Positions 51,857 through 64,000 of a stretch of 64,000 nucleotides of DNA are shown here, piece by piece; the stretch's first letter is position 1; every line of letters starts with the position of its first letter. The notes beneath the pieces were generated by a model. The model was not told where the DNA came from. It saw only the letters and a list, made by a program, of their open reading frames with translations, and did no database searches. Made by a program: the position numbers and the translations under genes. This DNA comes from Lingula anatina (Eukaryota > Animalia > Brachiopoda), in contig CM120647.1 in the NCBI GenBank assembly GCA_051362555.1, positions 9,610,001 through 9,674,000 on the forward strand. Direction: 5' to 3'.

Positions 51857-52443
51857 TGAGGGGTGGCAGATTGGGCGATTCCATTTTATTTTAGGGAGTC
51901 AGGTGGGGCGATTCCATTCCTTTTGAGGGGTGATTGGTGGGGCGAGTCCATTCCATTTGAGGGGTGACAGGTGGGGTGAGTTCATTCCATTTTAGGGGTG
52001 GCAGGTGGGGCGAGTTCATTCCATTTGAGGGGTGACAGGTGGGGCGAGTCCATTCCATTTGAGGGGTGACAGGTGGGGCGAGTTCATTCCATTTGAGGGG
52101 TGACAGGTGGGGCGAGTCCATTCCATTTGAGGGGTGACGGGTGGGGCGAGTTCATTCCATTTTAGGGGTGACGGGTGGGGCGAGTCCATTCCATTTGAGG
52201 GGTTACAGGTGGGGCGAGTTCATTCCATTTGAGGGGTGACGGGTGGGGTGAGTTCTTTCCATTTGAGGGGTGACAGGTGGGGCGAGTTCTTTCCATTTGA
52301 GGGGTGACAGGTGGGGCGAGTTCATTCCATTTGAGGGTTGGCAGGTGGGGCGATTCTATTTTATTTTAGGGGAGTCAGGTGGGGCGATTCAATTCCACTT
52401 GAGGGGTGACAAGTGGGGCGAGTCCATTTCATTTTAGGGGTGA
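51857..52443 (+). repeat. 34-bp G-rich minisatellite, about 17 units
   Basis: Unit gaggggtgacaggtggggcgagt(t/c)cattccattt; period 34 (e.g. 52027 and 52061); outer units more degenerate. Confidence 0.95.
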
Positions 52444-54968
52444 TATGCATGTTACTACAAACAAATTAAAATCTTATGAATAGATTGCAAGATTGTAAAT
52501 TTATACTTTATATTGAAATTTAGAGATTCTGCGTGTTAGACATTTAATGTCCAATTTTATATTTACAAAATACGGTGCATAATTACAAAGCTTTAAAGCA
52601 TTTCAATTTCAAATGTCCTCTGGTTTCATAGAAAACCATCATACCCAAAAGAAATTTACACAATTTTCCAGATTGAATTTGAAACAGTTATCAAATCTAT
52701 GTAATCTTCCCCCTTTCCCATTTTACAATTACTTTACTGTGTATTTTATATCAACATGAAAAAATAACAAAGAAGTATAGAAATATTTATTCGGATTTGA
52801 TATAAGAGACACATGAAACTGAGCATGATATATGTCAACAAAAGTTGGTCCAAAGTTGCTTGCAGGCCCATTTTGCACAGTTTCTCCGTGGGCTTCTGAA
52901 ATGACAAAATAACGCATACAGATTTGGATTCAACTGACAGATTGAGATCATTTTACTTATTCTAGAGAAGCGCATTAAAACATCTTATTTGAACATTTTC
53001 TTTTAAGAATATATGAAATAAATTACACATAACTTGGATGAAAGTACAATCAAGTTTTAATATACATGTAGTTGGTCGTGCAATGGGGGGGGGGGGGAGG
53101 GGGGGGGGGACAGAATACGACACAATGGCGACGGCCGGTGGTCAACCTGCGTAAAACTTTCATCTGTAAACCATCACTGTATGAGCAATTGACATGTGCG
53201 TAAACGTGTGTTGTATTATATTAAAAACACTTACCTCACAAAAAGATTTGTGTAATCTGAAACAAGTAAGAGAACTTTAATAGCTATGTGGACCCTTGTT
53301 CTTGTAGTAATAATAATAATGATAAAATGATGCATTTTGATACATGTAATTGCTAATTTTCCCCAGGTGAAACGTGCAGAACTAAATATAGCTAGTTTGA
53401 AAGATTTCAAGCAAACGTATTGTATCATCAATGGTCAGCTGATAGCACCATTTCTCCCGTACGTTTGTAGTCCCAGACCATTGTAACCAACATATTCTGA
53501 CATTTTGAGTGACATACAAATAACGATTGACATAATATTACAACAAATCGCGCTATTAATATCCACAATAAATTTCCTCTCATTCGGTTGCACTTGTGTT
53601 TTATTGAGGGAGGTTATTGAAGAAGTAGTGCTACTTACCATATACTTGCTTCTACATCTTATAAAAGCTGAAACTTGTGAATTCACCACACATAATGTTG
53701 CGTCTTTACTCAACTGTGCCCAACTGCAGAGTGAGTATTCAGCTCGCACTACGACGGGCAACTTATTGTTATGCAAATTACAACAGAGTTGGTCCATTTT
53801 GGGTGAGAGGTTTTGGCTAAAACTGCTCACAAATGTTCACTATGAAAATATTAACAGTACATTTTTGATACAACTGAAGTCCACTTGTTGTTAAAATATA
53901 CTTCTTAAATATAAAAACTACTTTTAAAAATCATAATCGAATAAAGCGTTCTTATGACTCAGTATATATCTTAAACCCCAAGATCCACAGTATTTCATAT
54001 AATAAAGCCAATCAGTAGAAATAGTTTAATATGGACAGGGCAAACGGATCTTTTCTATATAACTGGTCGCTAACATTGTCATCTCGATCGAAGTTTTCTT
54101 GGTCACACATGATTTTTTTACTTTGATACCATTTTTTCTAAATATTATGTAGGCCTTAAAAGACAGAGGTTCGTTGAAAGACTTATTTTCAATTAGTATA
54201 TGGAGTTTCAGTTTTGTATGATTTCCAAAGGAGACAACGATAACATGGCCATTTTAACACCTTTTCCCGAAAATGATATATCGGAAAATGTTCTTTGCCT
54301 ACTGCATCCACGGACCCCCCCCCCCCCCCCCCCCATTCAAATAATCCTGGATCCGCTCATGCCTTCCTCATCAGTTGTTAAAAAAAATTAAATACAACAG
54401 ATATGTTAATACAACGGAAAATGCTTGGGTCACTACGTGACTTGAATTTTCACCCTCTTCTAAAATGACCCTCACAGCAGACGGTGAACAAATAATGGTA
54501 TTGCCTTATTTATCTCCTGATCACGAACATTCTCTGCACTTGAATGCTATGTTTTTAACCATTTCTAATTAAAAAACCCACTTAGAAACGAATCATGACA
54601 ATTCATTAAGATCGCCAAGCCTTCCTTTCATTTCAAAATAAAAAAGAGGATCTGACTCTTTTATTTGAGAGACTTTTATAGTTTTTAAGGTCTTAATTGC
54701 AAGGATGAGTAACTTTGCAGGATATTTTGGCTATTGAATATTATCAGCTGCGTATAAAAATACATTTATGTAATTTTTATAGCTGAACTCGAGCCCTACT
54801 TTCGTACCCCCCCCCCCCCCCACACACAAGGTGACGGTATGGAAAGTGCAAAAACACTCTGGTACGACCTTTATGACGTAATTTCAACCTTCATATAGTG
54901 AAGCTGTTAGGACTTCGCATTAACAATTTCCATTTCAAGCCGTAAAGGCTATTGTCAACTTCTGTTTG

Positions 54969-55022
<54 letters not shown>

Positions 55023-56405
55023 AACCCAGTAATCTTTCGCTAAGAATATATAAAACACAAAACGAGATTGCTTTCCAGGCCCAACGAGAACAAAAGAAGA
55101 CAACACATAACTTTAACAATCCAGCATAGTTTATATTGGTAAGTAAAAACAATGGTTTATATACAAATGATTTCTACTAGAGTTCCTAGTCTACACTCAA
55201 GGGGGGATGGATTCACTGCATTCAATGAGGATAAATAAATATTATGACTTTCGTTTGAAATTCATGAACTTAACCATGCACTTTGTCCTTTTTTTCAAAA
55301 AAAATAAAAATAATAATAATAATAATAATATAAAATAAATAAATAAATAAATAAAATAATAATAAAATAATAAACAAATAAATAAATGAACAAATAAATA
55401 AAATAAATAAATAATGTTGAATATATGTTCTGTGGTGCTTTACAAAGAAGCAATAAAAATATTCGAGACTCAAAGATTGCACAGTAGGGATAATACCTTT
55501 ACCATTTCCCAATGTCTAAAAATAGTTTTAACTTCAGATATTACACTACAATGCTGTTGTATGTGTTACGATGTGCTCAAACTTTCAATATGATTTTCTG
55601 TGAAATTAATGCTAAAATCACAGAGAAACCTTTGAAAATATCTGAGAAAGTTAAATAATCAAAACAGGTCAGTCTGACAGTGAGTAAACTGCCCTAAAGC
55701 AATAGATGCTTCTAAAAATAATAAACAAATAAAATAAATAAATAAACAAATTTATATATAATATAAACAATTCCTTATGCAGAAAACATATCAATACAAG
55801 CAATACCCCAGTTGCATAAATATATAATTAAAAACTGATGACTAGAGATTTCTGCTCTTCAAACAATACTAGTGCATCCTTCTACTGATGTTTTCATGTA
55901 CTGTCCACTAAAAATCTCTTCTCAAAACATCACATGGTGCCATCTTCTTGTGAAAACTAAATGCAACAGGTTATAAAAATGAACATAAGCCAATTCAGAA
56001 CTTCCTGATATTGCTACTTAACAGTATGTTTAATTCCACACTTTTGTGCAGAGTGAACAGTTGAACTTTGATCTCCATCTTTGACCTTCAACTTTAACCT
56101 TCAACTTTGACCTCAGCCCTCTTCCTCTAGCACCTGGAGAAGTGTTTTCCATACACCACTGCCAATTTTCAGGTAGAACAGAAATCTCAATAAAATCTGA
56201 CCTCTGATTTCTATATCAGGAACCGGGATAAAATCAAATTAATAACGGCCTGTTTTGTTGATCCAACGCACTGTCATTATTTCTCCTTGAACTTTTGACT
56301 TCAATTTACTTTCCTCTGTTCAATGGATTCAACATTACACAAGATCAGAGTGCTAAGATTAAAGCACTGCACTTCTGGCTCGGAATTTGAAAGATTTTCT
56401 GTTGC

Positions 56406-58188
56406 TTATTGTGTTGGCTGAATCAGCTTGTACTCTATGAGTTTATCTAAAGAAGTTCTTATGCAGTGATGGATCTTTTCATTTTCTTTTGTTGGACTTC
56501 CAACTGTTTGCTCCAACACTAGTAGCACCTCCAGCAGCTTGGTTTGCACAACCTACAAAGGTCAAGGTCAATGAAAGGTCATGAATATTTCATTAGGTCA
56601 AGGTCAAATTAGAGCCAAGTAAATGTGTTCAGGTCAAGTTCAAATAAGTATGATGAGAAAATAGATAGGTCTGGGTCTAATTGGATGAAAGTTGAGATAC
56701 AAGTTAACCATGTTGTTTTAGAAATACAGTTAATTTCCTGAAAATTGTTTAGGAATAAGTCCACATTTTCTCCTTTACCCAAATGGACTCTTTTCAAGTG
56801 ACATTTTCTGAGACTTTTTCTACTACCTCTCACAAAAAATGACTGTAACTGACCTTTTCGGCTATATCTTTCCCACTTTCAATCATGTTCATGATTATAT
56901 GGAGCGCCCTGTGCTTCAGCTCAAGATTGTCTTGGGCTGCAATGCCACCTAGAACATCTGACCAGTCCTTAACCTATGAAAGAAAACAACAGCCACATGA
57001 AAATGGAAATATTCCAGTAAAAATGTATTACTAACCGAAGATAAGGTCATATTTAATGATAAACAGATAAACATTGCAAAGTCTCTCTGATTCATGTCAT
57101 CGAGTTCATTTGCTCACTTTATTTTCTTTTCTTTTCTCACAAATTTCTGCCTTGTTGGAGGGTACCTACTCAAAGTCAATATGCTCATCTTCTGAGTAAT
57201 TTTTTTTCCTCCACATTCATTGATTTTCTACCCATTAATCTCAGTTTTGAAAATGCAGTCAGACAGCGGCCCAAAAGAAAGCTCTACAACCCTAATAAAA
57301 CCTGTGGCAAAAAATGGCCTAAGTTTGCAAAATATTTGAAGAAGATTAAATCTACAACCCCTTGGCTGCACTGCAACTAAAAACAGCACTTAATTCAAAA
57401 TTCAAACCCTTAACTTACTTTCATTATTTTCTCACAGATCACTTTTCTGCTGGACAGTATGGCCAGTGTGCCAAGACAAGCCTGGATCAAAGCCACATCC
57501 TCCTGCAACTCGTCAGAGGCGCAGTACAGCACCAGTAACTTCACCTTGTCATTCTCTCCCATGTACATTTTGGCCACCTGCAATTTTTTCAAATAAATCA
57601 CCCCTGAAAAATCACTGGGAAATATCTGAAATGCAGCTAGTAACTAATGAAATACTCTAGAATAATTATGCAAAAAAAAAAAAGAAAAAAAAATCAATAT
57701 TTCAAACATACAGAGAACAAGATAAACCATGATAAAAATTAGTTTTAATTAAAATTAGTAGCAATTCAAACACCTCAGGGGAAGAACAATTTGACTTCAG
57801 CAGAAAACAGATTTCCCAAGTGCCATGTAAGAGAAATCAACCTCTTCTTAATAGATAAAATATGAACTCCCTACCTCCTCACTCATTACGAGGTTACACA
57901 AACACTCCGCTGAGGCACGGCGTAACAACTCGTGGTCTTCATAAATATAAAACTCTATGGAGGGAAAACCACCTTCTTTTAAGATTCTTCTCCTGTTAAA
58001 TGAATTTATAAGAATATGAATTATATACTGTTACATGTTAAACACAATACAGATCACAAAGAACCATCATAATATAACAAGCAATAGAGCTTTAATTTTG
58101 TGGAAAAATATATTCAATAGGTAAAATTCATTATCTCGAAAAAAAAAATCATGACAGAGCAGATTTCAAGGTGCTTTATATTTCTCTT

Positions 58189-58262
<74 letters not shown>

Positions 58263-60620
58263 CTGTGTGTGTGTGATAGAGACAAAGACAGCACTAACCT
58301 GACGGAGTCATTAAGAGAGGCTAAGTTTGTGAGGGCTAAAAGTGCCTCAAAGTTCTGGAGAGCAGTTTTCTCAACGTGGACCAGCTGTAGTATAGGGCGT
58401 ACCACCTCCAGACACTGAATAGAGAAACAACGTGCTTAATTTACTGAGTATGATCACAGACAATATTTTATTATTTAAACATAGTATTTTACATGGTTAT
58501 CTTATAATTATTCAAAATAATGCTGTTTCTGAACTTTTTTGGACAAGTGTATTTTTCACAAATTTCATACCCTCTGTCCTGGGAAGGCAACTTCTGGGTT
58601 CATCACAATGGCTATCTTGGCCAGAGCTTGGGCAGCGCAGGTCTTCCCAACATCTGTACCCTCATTGGCCAGAGGAATAAGTGACTGGAAAAGACGGAAA
58701 TATGGGTAAAGTTTTGAACATAGATAAAATAATCAAAACAAAAACAAACAGATTCAACAAGACAAATAGGAAAGGTGATGAAAGCATTCCCTGTCTCTTT
58801 TTTCTAGAGAGGCAGATAATTGGTAAAGGTCTACAATCATTTCTAAAAGAGCTATACACAAAACAAAATTCTAGGTTGCGATACAATAGCTACTTTTGCA
58901 CACGACAGTATCAGTCAATCAAAAGCCTTGACTTAATTTGGCAAACTTCACATGACTTCAACCAATCAAATGTCTTTTGCTCCCTTTGCTCCTCCTACAA
59001 AACAGTTCTAAGCCAATGAAATGCCCTGTCTTACCTTGGCTCCTCCTTGCTGAACAACCAGTCCTCTGTATTCTGTCTCCTCAACCACAGCCAGGAAAAC
59101 TCTGAATTAAAAACAGGTAATTCATGTTTTATGAAAATTTGAAATAACTTGATAATCTTTGAAATACCTAGTAAGTTAATCAAAGCTGACTGTTACTACT
59201 GCAATTATATCAACATTACCTCCATAGCAACTAAAATTTCCTACTGTCTGTCAGCCATACAGCTGGCTATTTGTCTCCATCAATGTTGTTCACTAACATA
59301 CTGAGCAGTTCTATACTACCAAGTGCTGAAACCTCATCTAAACTAAATTTGATGCACAATTCTACAACAAACCTCACAAACCTCAACAAACCTGCAACAA
59401 ACCCCACAAATAAACATCTGCATTTTTTCTGTGTCATTAAATGTGTGTAACTGAATTCTACAATTGATTTATATCAAGTGTTAGTAGTCTTTAGGGTCAA
59501 TCAGTGTCAGCAGTAATTTGTAAACTTGTAATCTGTAAGGCCACATTTACAATCAAAGTTGATCTGCTGACTAACAGATTTGCAGATCAAATATGATGGG
59601 CCCAATTGGAAAGCTTGTGTCATGATCCCCACAGGGAATGTACTCAATGTCTATTAGTGCGTTATACGGCAAGCTTTCAACTGGGTCATCCATTTCTGAT
59701 TTGTGAATCCATTAGTCCCCAGATCAAATGGTTGTGAATGCAGCCTAAATCTCGTTAACTCACCTACTGAGCAGTTCTCTACTGCTATGGCTGTCAGTCT
59801 TAGAGAAAGCCACCAAGGCATTCACCATCCCAGCCTTGACCAGCTTGGCAATTCTTTCCTTCACAAACTCTGGTTTGTCCTAAATAAGTGAAAAAAAATA
59901 AGGTTGATATTAAGATTTTTAGTTTTGAAGTACAGAAATTTTGAGGTTAATCCTTCTGTTGTTTAGACAGTTTATATTAAAAAACTAAATTGATCCCAAG
60001 AAACAGAAATTCAGCAATCTCTTGTAAATGTAAATCTCTCGTATTTTTCGATTTGCATGTTTTAATGACAGCAACATTTTACATCAAGAATGCCGAACAA
60101 GATTGGTATTATATTAATGCTTAACTTCAAATAATTACTCAAAATATATTTGATTTTGAAGACATGATACTGATAAGAAGTGATTGTGCAGCTTTGTAAC
60201 TCTTCTTTCAATTTATCTTTTTTTCACTATACAATATCTTTAATATTGTAATATAGATAATCATATAATTATATAGAAGCTGTCCACTGACCTTGGCATG
60301 TTCCTCAGGTATGTGATGTTTGGCGTACTTTGCCAGCTCCAGGAGCTCTGGGATGATTTCTTTCTTCTCATAGCTATTGGTCAGGTTCACAAACACTGTG
60401 GCTGCAGGATACAGCACTGACTTATCACTGACCTGTAACAAGGAATGGGATTGGTTGATTATGGTGACAATGTAAATTTTTGAACTTATTTGGTTGGTGG
60501 GTATACTGTAACTGACTTGAGAGAAGTTGAATGATTGGCTTACTAAATGATATCATGAAGTTAGAAAGGATGTGATGGGATGGTCCAAGGATGGCATGCA
60601 GCAAAAATGCAAATCTGAAA

Positions 60621-60677
<57 letters not shown>

Positions 60678-63600
60678 TAAGAGAGAGACCAACTGTACCT
60701 TGGCCAGATCTATGAGAGACTGAAGAGCTGCCGTGTCCTCTACCAGGTCCTGTTTGACATCTGCGTCCAGTGTAAGGAAGGCCAGACCCTCACACGCCCA
60801 CTTTCTCAGGTCTACATCCTTCATTGGGTTGTTCAGGAACCTAAACCACACACAATTGTTCTTTTATATTCCTTACTTTTAGGATGTAATTTTAGAATAA
60901 TTCATTATAATCATCATCATACATAAGTCTATATCCTTAACAGTTACACTATACAATATTTAAATCATTCTGACAGCTGATTTCAGCTTTGCGACATTCA
61001 TCCTGTGAGAAAAAAATACTTATTGAAATTTTTTGCACTGGTTAAGTCAAACTAGAAACCAGAAGCAGTCTTCAGCTGTTTGATACAGTGTGTAAACTAT
61101 GTACAAATACGTGTATAAAAATTTAAAAACTCCAGTTTTACCTGGCCAATTCCATTTTATCATCCAATGAAATCTGCCAGTTAAAACATAGCCTTTCTTT
61201 TTGTATATTTGGGCAGAAAACTTTATTTAAACTTTTGTAAGCAACAAAATTTACACAGACACACACACACACACACAATAAAAACCCCTCTTACTTCCTG
61301 CAAGCCTTGGCCAGTGCCTGGGTGGAGCCCTCAGCTAGAGACTTAGCACTGGCATCTGTGCCTCCAAATGAACCCAGCTTGCACAGACCCTGGTGATGAG
61401 AAAAGGTGATTTTAAAATAAATTTAAAAATAATGAATAAAGAGAACTTTTGAAATATTAAAGACAGTCTCAGCGCGTTAAACCCTTAAAATAGCATGAAA
61501 ATGAATTTTCCTGGAAATCTCACCAATTTCCCCATAATGACCAAGGTATATCCTATCCAAAACCGTTGAGAAAATGAACCTACCTAATACCGTTTTTAAG
61601 TTCCATTAAATAATAAAAGACGACTCGTCTTAAATACTCAGCTACCACCTCACAGTACGGCTTCAGAACGCGCAATTTCTCGCTAAGTCTCGCGGTTTAC
61701 TATGAATGAAGTACCAAGGCTGAGACCCGGATGTTACTATTTGGCGCCAAAACAGCAAACATGGCTCAGACGCGCGTCAAGTCTGAAGAGGAGAGCGACA
61801 AAAAGGGACGAAAGAAAATAGCCACTCCAGTTCGAAAGATACGAAAGAAAATTAGAGACAGACGAAGAAGCACTCAGACTATGTATGTTGGGAGGGAGGT
61901 GGGGCGGTGGAGGACACTTAAAGCTGAGTTAGGACTCACATACGAGGCAATGGCGAAACTACTCCTCGACACGTGAGTATGCGATTCACAGGTCTCAAGT
62001 GTGATTGTCTGATTATCATATTATCCTGTTCACAATAAATGACAATATTTGTGCTCATACAAAGTTGGTTACGTGTATAAGAGCGTTTTGGGCTTTACGT
62101 TGTCTATTTTTGATCGGTACATGTACCGAAAAGATGGACAGGCGGCACTTACATGTCTGACAAGTTTCGCTGTGTAGTCGTGACGTCTATCTCATTCTGA
62201 CTGAAGCCTGCTGTGATTGGTCGTAAGCGTGGGAAAATCGAGGTCGTGACCTTGGGCCGGAAGTACTTCTGGCTGTGCTCCGAAATCATGATAAATAGTT
62301 TTCGTTTTCTAATTCTTTATTCTAGTTGTCTTAACAGGACTTTTGTGACCCAGACTTATTAATATAATAATAAACAATCTCACAAAACACAAATCTGATC
62401 AAAGCTTTACATAGAACCTGCTTCTATACATTAATCTAACCCACTGAGACTGTCTTTAAGCAAAGAAAACTATTCATCAGCCTGGCATCTCATCAATTGT
62501 CTGCTCAAGTGTACTTTGATGAGGTATTTAGTGTAAGTTTGCAAATTGGCTGAAATCCACTTCAGTTGATATTAAACAGGTTTGAAGATTTAATATTGAC
62601 TGTTTCTGCACATGTACACACACACGCACACACACACAAACAGAAAGATATACAGAGAGAAAGAGAGAGTGTCTGAGAGGGGGGGGGGGGAGGGGGCAGG
62701 GAGGCTGTTCTTACCACTAGAGCTCTGACTTTAATATTATCATTTTCAGATTGGTAAAGTTTCTTTAAGATGGGAACTGCCTGCTTCACAATGCCACTGC
62801 ATTTGTCTTTCTTTGATGTAGCATGGACTAAAGCTTCCACTGAAATTTTCTGAAAGAATTCAAATCAGTGTGTAATAAAATACCATTATCTTTATATTGT
62901 TTTATAATATGGCTTTCAGAAAAGATTTGGAAAGGAGAAATCTGATTTAGACTGTCTTGATTACCACTGTGCTGCCATCTGTTGGCCTTAGACACTGTGG
63001 AAATGCTGAACCAAAACTTACAGAAAAGAGTTAAACTTTTAGGTCTGAGATCATTAAGAGCACTTGAGAAGATTCTAGTCTGTTTATATTGTACCCAAGT
63101 ATTTTTTTATGCTGATAAATAGTCTTTATAAACTTCAAGTTATAGAAGAATTTATTCAATTATTATATATATTATTCAATTCAAACAGCAAGTCCAGATA
63201 TAAATCAAATTTGTGCATACACTATCCCAGCTGGATTTCTAAGGCTGAGGATGTCTAACAATCTGTAAGTTATAGTACTGTTTTTGTTTAATGTATTTAT
63301 TTAATAACCTAATACAACTTTTTGAAAAAAAATTTTTTTAAGTCATAGAACCAAGTTTTCCTACAATCTCTATACCTGATGAAGGGGATCAGGAGAGTTC
63401 GCCAGCGCCAACATAATCTCCAGAACTCCCTGCGTCCCCAGGATTGTGTTGCCGATGTCGTACGGACCCTGGAGCAAGGCAGATATGGCAGTTATAGCCT
63501 CCATTTGGTAGTCGATGTGTCTGGTGTCTCCAAACTGGTCACTAAAACATGAAAATATTTTAAATGTGTAACAGAGACTGAAACATGAAAATATATTAGA

Positions 63601-63979
63601 TATGTTGCAGTATTAATAGGGATCATCTGCACTTGCCAAAGGTCTGAACAAAGGTAAGTTACATGTCTTAGATAAAAATAGGTATTTAAAGCAAACTTTG
63701 GTATAAGAAAGTTTCACAAACATTTTGTTCACATAAATACAGTATACTGTAAGTGAAAAAGAATTATTTCAAAAACTGGAAAAAATCAACTGTCAAGAAC
63801 TTACGAGAAATACTGTGACACTTGTTCTCTGTACTGGTCCCTTCTCTTGTCGCTGATAAACTCATCGTAAATCTTCGACAGCAGCACAGAGCAGTTCATC
63901 CTTGTATTCTCAGAAATCTTCATCACGGTGTAGCTTAGAGCTGGTATGGTGCCGGCAACTTCTAGAATCCTGGTAATGC
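56406..63979 (-). CDS. unc-45: UNC-45 myosin chaperone (central and UCS domains), multi-exon, 5' part outside the window
   Basis: Exons translate to [141 protein letters not shown]; TAA stop at 56408-56406. Confidence 0.95.
61461..62455 (+). mobile_element. Kolobok-like non-autonomous DNA transposon in an unc-45 intron
   Basis: TTAA on both sides (61457-61460, 62456-62459); 12-bp TIR AGACAGTCTCAG/CTGAGACTGTCT beginning with purines; internal exon-like ORF 61761-61972 ending at a GTGAGT donor. Confidence 0.75.
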
Positions 63980-64000
63980 CTGGAATGATGGGAGAAAAAA

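Noticed and set aside
51857-52443. CRISPR-like array (34-bp periodicity)
   Set aside because: Units are contiguous with no unique spacers, there are no cas genes, and the context is eukaryotic; it is a minisatellite
53435-53894. Overlapping 131- and 129-aa ORFs
   Set aside because: No recognisable motifs or splice context; probably chance ORFs in or near the unc-45 3' region

Overview
AT-rich metazoan genomic DNA with spliced genes; the gene and repeat content suggests a marine lophotrochozoan-type invertebrate (inference). Left third (about 3.4-17 kb): a ~13.5 kb imperfect palindrome. Each arm carries an intact 3-exon short pentraxin gene (tail-to-tail, 226 aa each) lacking the canonical Ca2+ ligands. 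The left arm is interrupted by a young 5'-truncated non-LTR retrotransposon, and one intron tract is nearly identical between arms, suggesting gene conversion. Next come a disabled 1.9 kb copy and then the full gene for a ~1858 aa GRL101-like receptor (signal-CUB-C-type lectin-LDLa-LRR-7TM). Then a tandem array of firefly-luciferase/4-coumarate-CoA-ligase-like acyl-CoA synthetases: one intact 11-exon copy ending in the peroxisomal signal AKL, a two-exon relic, and a copy with a 10-nt frameshift and a nonsense change that removes its PTS1. The window ends with a 34-bp G-rich minisatellite and the 3' part of unc-45, which has a Kolobok-like TTAA element in an intron. Many MITEs, a tRNA-derived SINE, an RTE tail and a Penelope-type degenerate hammerhead motif are interspersed. 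All exon models were built by eye from GT-AG boundaries and phase; no searches were run.
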